This document shows positions 61,445 to 64,000 of a DNA stretch of 64,000 nucleotides, one piece after another. The stretch is from Marsupella aquatica (Eukaryota; Plantae; Marchantiophyta). A program made the translations under genes and the position numbers. Each line of letters begins with the position of its first letter. Positions within the stretch are counted from its first letter, which is position 1. The notes under the pieces are model-generated. The model was given only the letters and a program-made list of their open reading frames with translations. It ran no database searches and was not told the DNA's origin. The stretch is taken from NCBI GenBank assembly GCA_973895155.1, contig OZ316897.1, forward strand, positions 23,473,455-23,537,454, read 5' to 3'.

Positions 61445-61635
61445 CAGGGGAGAGAACACGATTAGGGTTAGGGCACGCTAAGTGCCGGCGGCTAGGGGTA
61501 ACCAACGGGAGGGAGAACCAGCGGAGGAGAGGGGTAAGGACCGCTCGCAAGGAATAGTAGCTCATTTGCAAGCACGAACTGAGCAGGCAACTACGGGCGG
61601 CCAACTACTGTCAACTGCTTAGGCAAGCGCTCAGG

Positions 61636-63546
61636 GTGGGAACAGATACCGACTATCAACTCGAGAAGGGTATGAGCAACGTCAATCAAGCGGCACATTT
61701 TTGGGGATGCCTGTTCGAACGGGCAACTGAGTACATTGGGACTTACGAGGACGAAGAATCAGAGAGAGCAGCTCGAGAACGGCAGGAGCTCGCCCGATTG
61801 TGGGAGCTGCAGAAAGCTGCCTTCTTAGGAGGAGAACTCATCAAGGCTGAATTCCTGTGGACGCCTACTGGCAACGAGCTAGACGACCTGCTATTTTGCG
61901 AAGACAGAGTCGTCGGCATCCGAGAAGCCATCAAACGTTGCAACGACATACACTGGGAGTTGAAGGGTAGCACAGAGGGGTGGACAAAGGCAACCGTGCT
62001 AGGAGAGACATCCACGGAAGCCGAGATGAAGAGGAAGGGGAACAACAACGAAGAGGCCACCCCGGCAAAAAGAACGAGGTCGGCGGCACCAAAGAAGCCA
62101 GCAGAACAGCAGAGCAGGAGGCAAAGAGAAGCCGAGGAGGAGGAGGTCAACCCCATCAATGCCATTCCAACAAACGATGACACCTGGAAAGGCTGGGCGG
62201 CGACCCTACCGGAGGAAGTGCAATTACACTTTGCACGGGAGGAGGATGCATGCTTTACAGCCATGCAGACCAAGAAGTACCAAGGCTTCATGGCCGGATC
62301 CGGCTTGGAAGCCTTCGTAAGATTACCATGGCTGAAGCCGGAGGTGCCGGACTCAGACTTGTTAGAATTTGTGGGATCATGGGAACCCGAGACCAATTCC
62401 ACGAGGGTGTATGGGAAGGATTTCTATCTCACTCCTCGGGTGATTGCTGAAGTGTTTGGCTTGCCGATGGGTAATAAGACCAAGGTTGATACCAGGAAGA
62501 CCTTACCTGACAAGGAGTTTCGGTCGTTCCCAGGACCATCAACAAAGAATGGCTTCTTCCGGAACACCTGCACCAACCCGCACATCGGAGAGATGATCGA
62601 TTTCTTGCGGGTGACCATGCACTGTAACTTGCCGAGGGCAGAGATCGGCAAGGCTCAGGTCTACCTGGCAGAAAGGCCAGACCCAAGCTGGGATTACAAC
62701 GGGTACCTCCTCAACCAACTGAAGAAGATCTTGAAGGAGGAACAGCAGGTGATCGGCGTGGGAAGCGTGTCCCGGCTTGGCTATCACATGCCGCTGTTGT
62801 GCCGGTATGCTAGAAGTCAAATCTTTGCCCCAGTACTTCCCCTATCGGCAAGAGCACCGGAGGAGGTCCCGGAGCAGAGGCCGACAACGGAGAAACCCAA
62901 CCAGCCCGACAGTCCGACGATCGAGCAGGTGTTTAGACCAAGGGAAGAAGACTTGCCGATGCAGCAACCAGGCATGCAGAATCTGCTGAAATTGCTGGAG
63001 AAGGAAAGGAGAACGGTTCCGGCAACGGCAACAGCAACGGCACCGATACAAGACGCTGCCCCAGAAGTTGACCTAAGCCGACTCAGAAGGGAAGACCCCT
63101 TTACCGGAGTCAAGGAGAGAGGGAGGTCGGTACACGAGCCGGGAGTCCGGATGTATGTAGGAGCCTCAAGTCCCGAAGCCAAGGAAAAGCAGGCCGTAGC
63201 TCCCGGCCACGACAAGGAGAACAAGAGATCAACACGGAAGCCGGAGGAGGAACCAAGACCGGTGAGAGGTGAAGCCGTGTTCACGACAAAACCAGGAGAA
63301 CAGCGGGAGAAGCCGGTAGTCCAAGCCGAGGAGGAGGCGGTAGAGGACTACAGCAATGATGACTCCGGCTACGGGTCGGATCATCATGTTCCAGGAGTAA
63401 GGACCTGTGGCCGGTTCATCCCCACGCTCCCAAGAGTAGTTCGAGGAGACCCAAGCCAGCAGAGCAGCCCCGAGTCTCCCCCACCAGATGTCGCTCCCTC
63501 GAACTTTGACGGCATAAAACAGACGGCGCAGGAATTTCAGGAGTGA
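61636..63546 (+). pseudogene. Unit ORF N-terminal 636 aa (PMD-like domain)
   Basis: GLEAFVRLPW..LLEFVGSW..VYGKDFYLTPRVIAEVFGLP; premature stop relative to copies 1 and 3. Confidence 0.72.
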
Positions 63547-64000
63547 ATCAGGGAGGAAGAAGAGCCAGCCCTGGCTAGGGAAAAGGATTTACCAGGAGGA
63601 GAATGGCCATAGGACATCAGGCGGCTTGCAGAAAAACGAAGCAACCCTCTTGCCACCGTAGAAGAAATCCGCAAGACGGCTTGGGAGCAGAGGCCGCGGT
63701 GGTTGATGCCGATGACTTCTAGTTACTCCACCTATGCTAAGGATAGAGCCATGGAGTACGGGGAAATGTGTGGAGAGCTGGCGCTCAGCATCTTTGGGGA
63801 GGAGTTGGAGCAAGGACCCTTTTTCAGAGGGAGATGTTGGAGAAGCGCCAATTAGAAGAAGCGGTGACTTTGGAAAGAAGCAAGAAGGACAAGGTCATCC
63901 GTCGGCTTAGGGCAAGGGAAGCCGAAATCAAAGACCTGAGGGCGGCCAAGAAAGCCCAAGATGAGCTGCGGATTAAGCGGCATGAGCTAAATATCATGCA

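Larger units (their letters stand above)
60971..64000 (+). mobile_element. 4.7-kb LTR-like unit, copy 4 (runs off the window)
   Basis: Starts TGTGATGCCTAGCCAGG. ORF 61636-63546 ends at a CGA>TGA stop and homology continues. Confidence 0.88.

Overview
Repeat-dense plant genomic window, probably from a bryophyte (inferred from the moss-like DYW-PPR gene and the TE types). It has one clear host gene, a PLS-DYW PPR RNA-editing factor (34.9-37.5 kb, minus strand), surrounded by nested transposons. The left part is a four-level nest. An intact Ty3/gypsy element (gag-PR, TGA-CAATTA readthrough junction, RT-RH-INT, two extra 3' ORFs, 1.45-kb 3' LTR) is inserted into the C5 DNA-methyltransferase domain of a second, decayed gypsy element. 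That element sits inside a ~4.7-kb TG..CA-bounded protein-coding LTR-like unit, which in turn sits inside an inverted copy of the same unit; the window holds four copies. The middle holds a decayed Mutator-like transposon (GCM-like, MULE DDE and SWIM domains) with a divergently transcribed, intron-containing ParB-like / N4-N6 DNA-methyltransferase-like gene and many 18-bp palindromes. Two more fragmentary relatives lie right of the PPR gene. The right part also has a young non-autonomous Bianca-type copia element, two copies of one MITE, and an inverted pair of LTR ends. Strongest novelty candidates: the MULE ParB-amino-MTase cargo system, the DNMT-bearing gypsy element, and the protein-coding giant LTR-like unit. 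All domain calls are by-eye motif recognition, not database hits.
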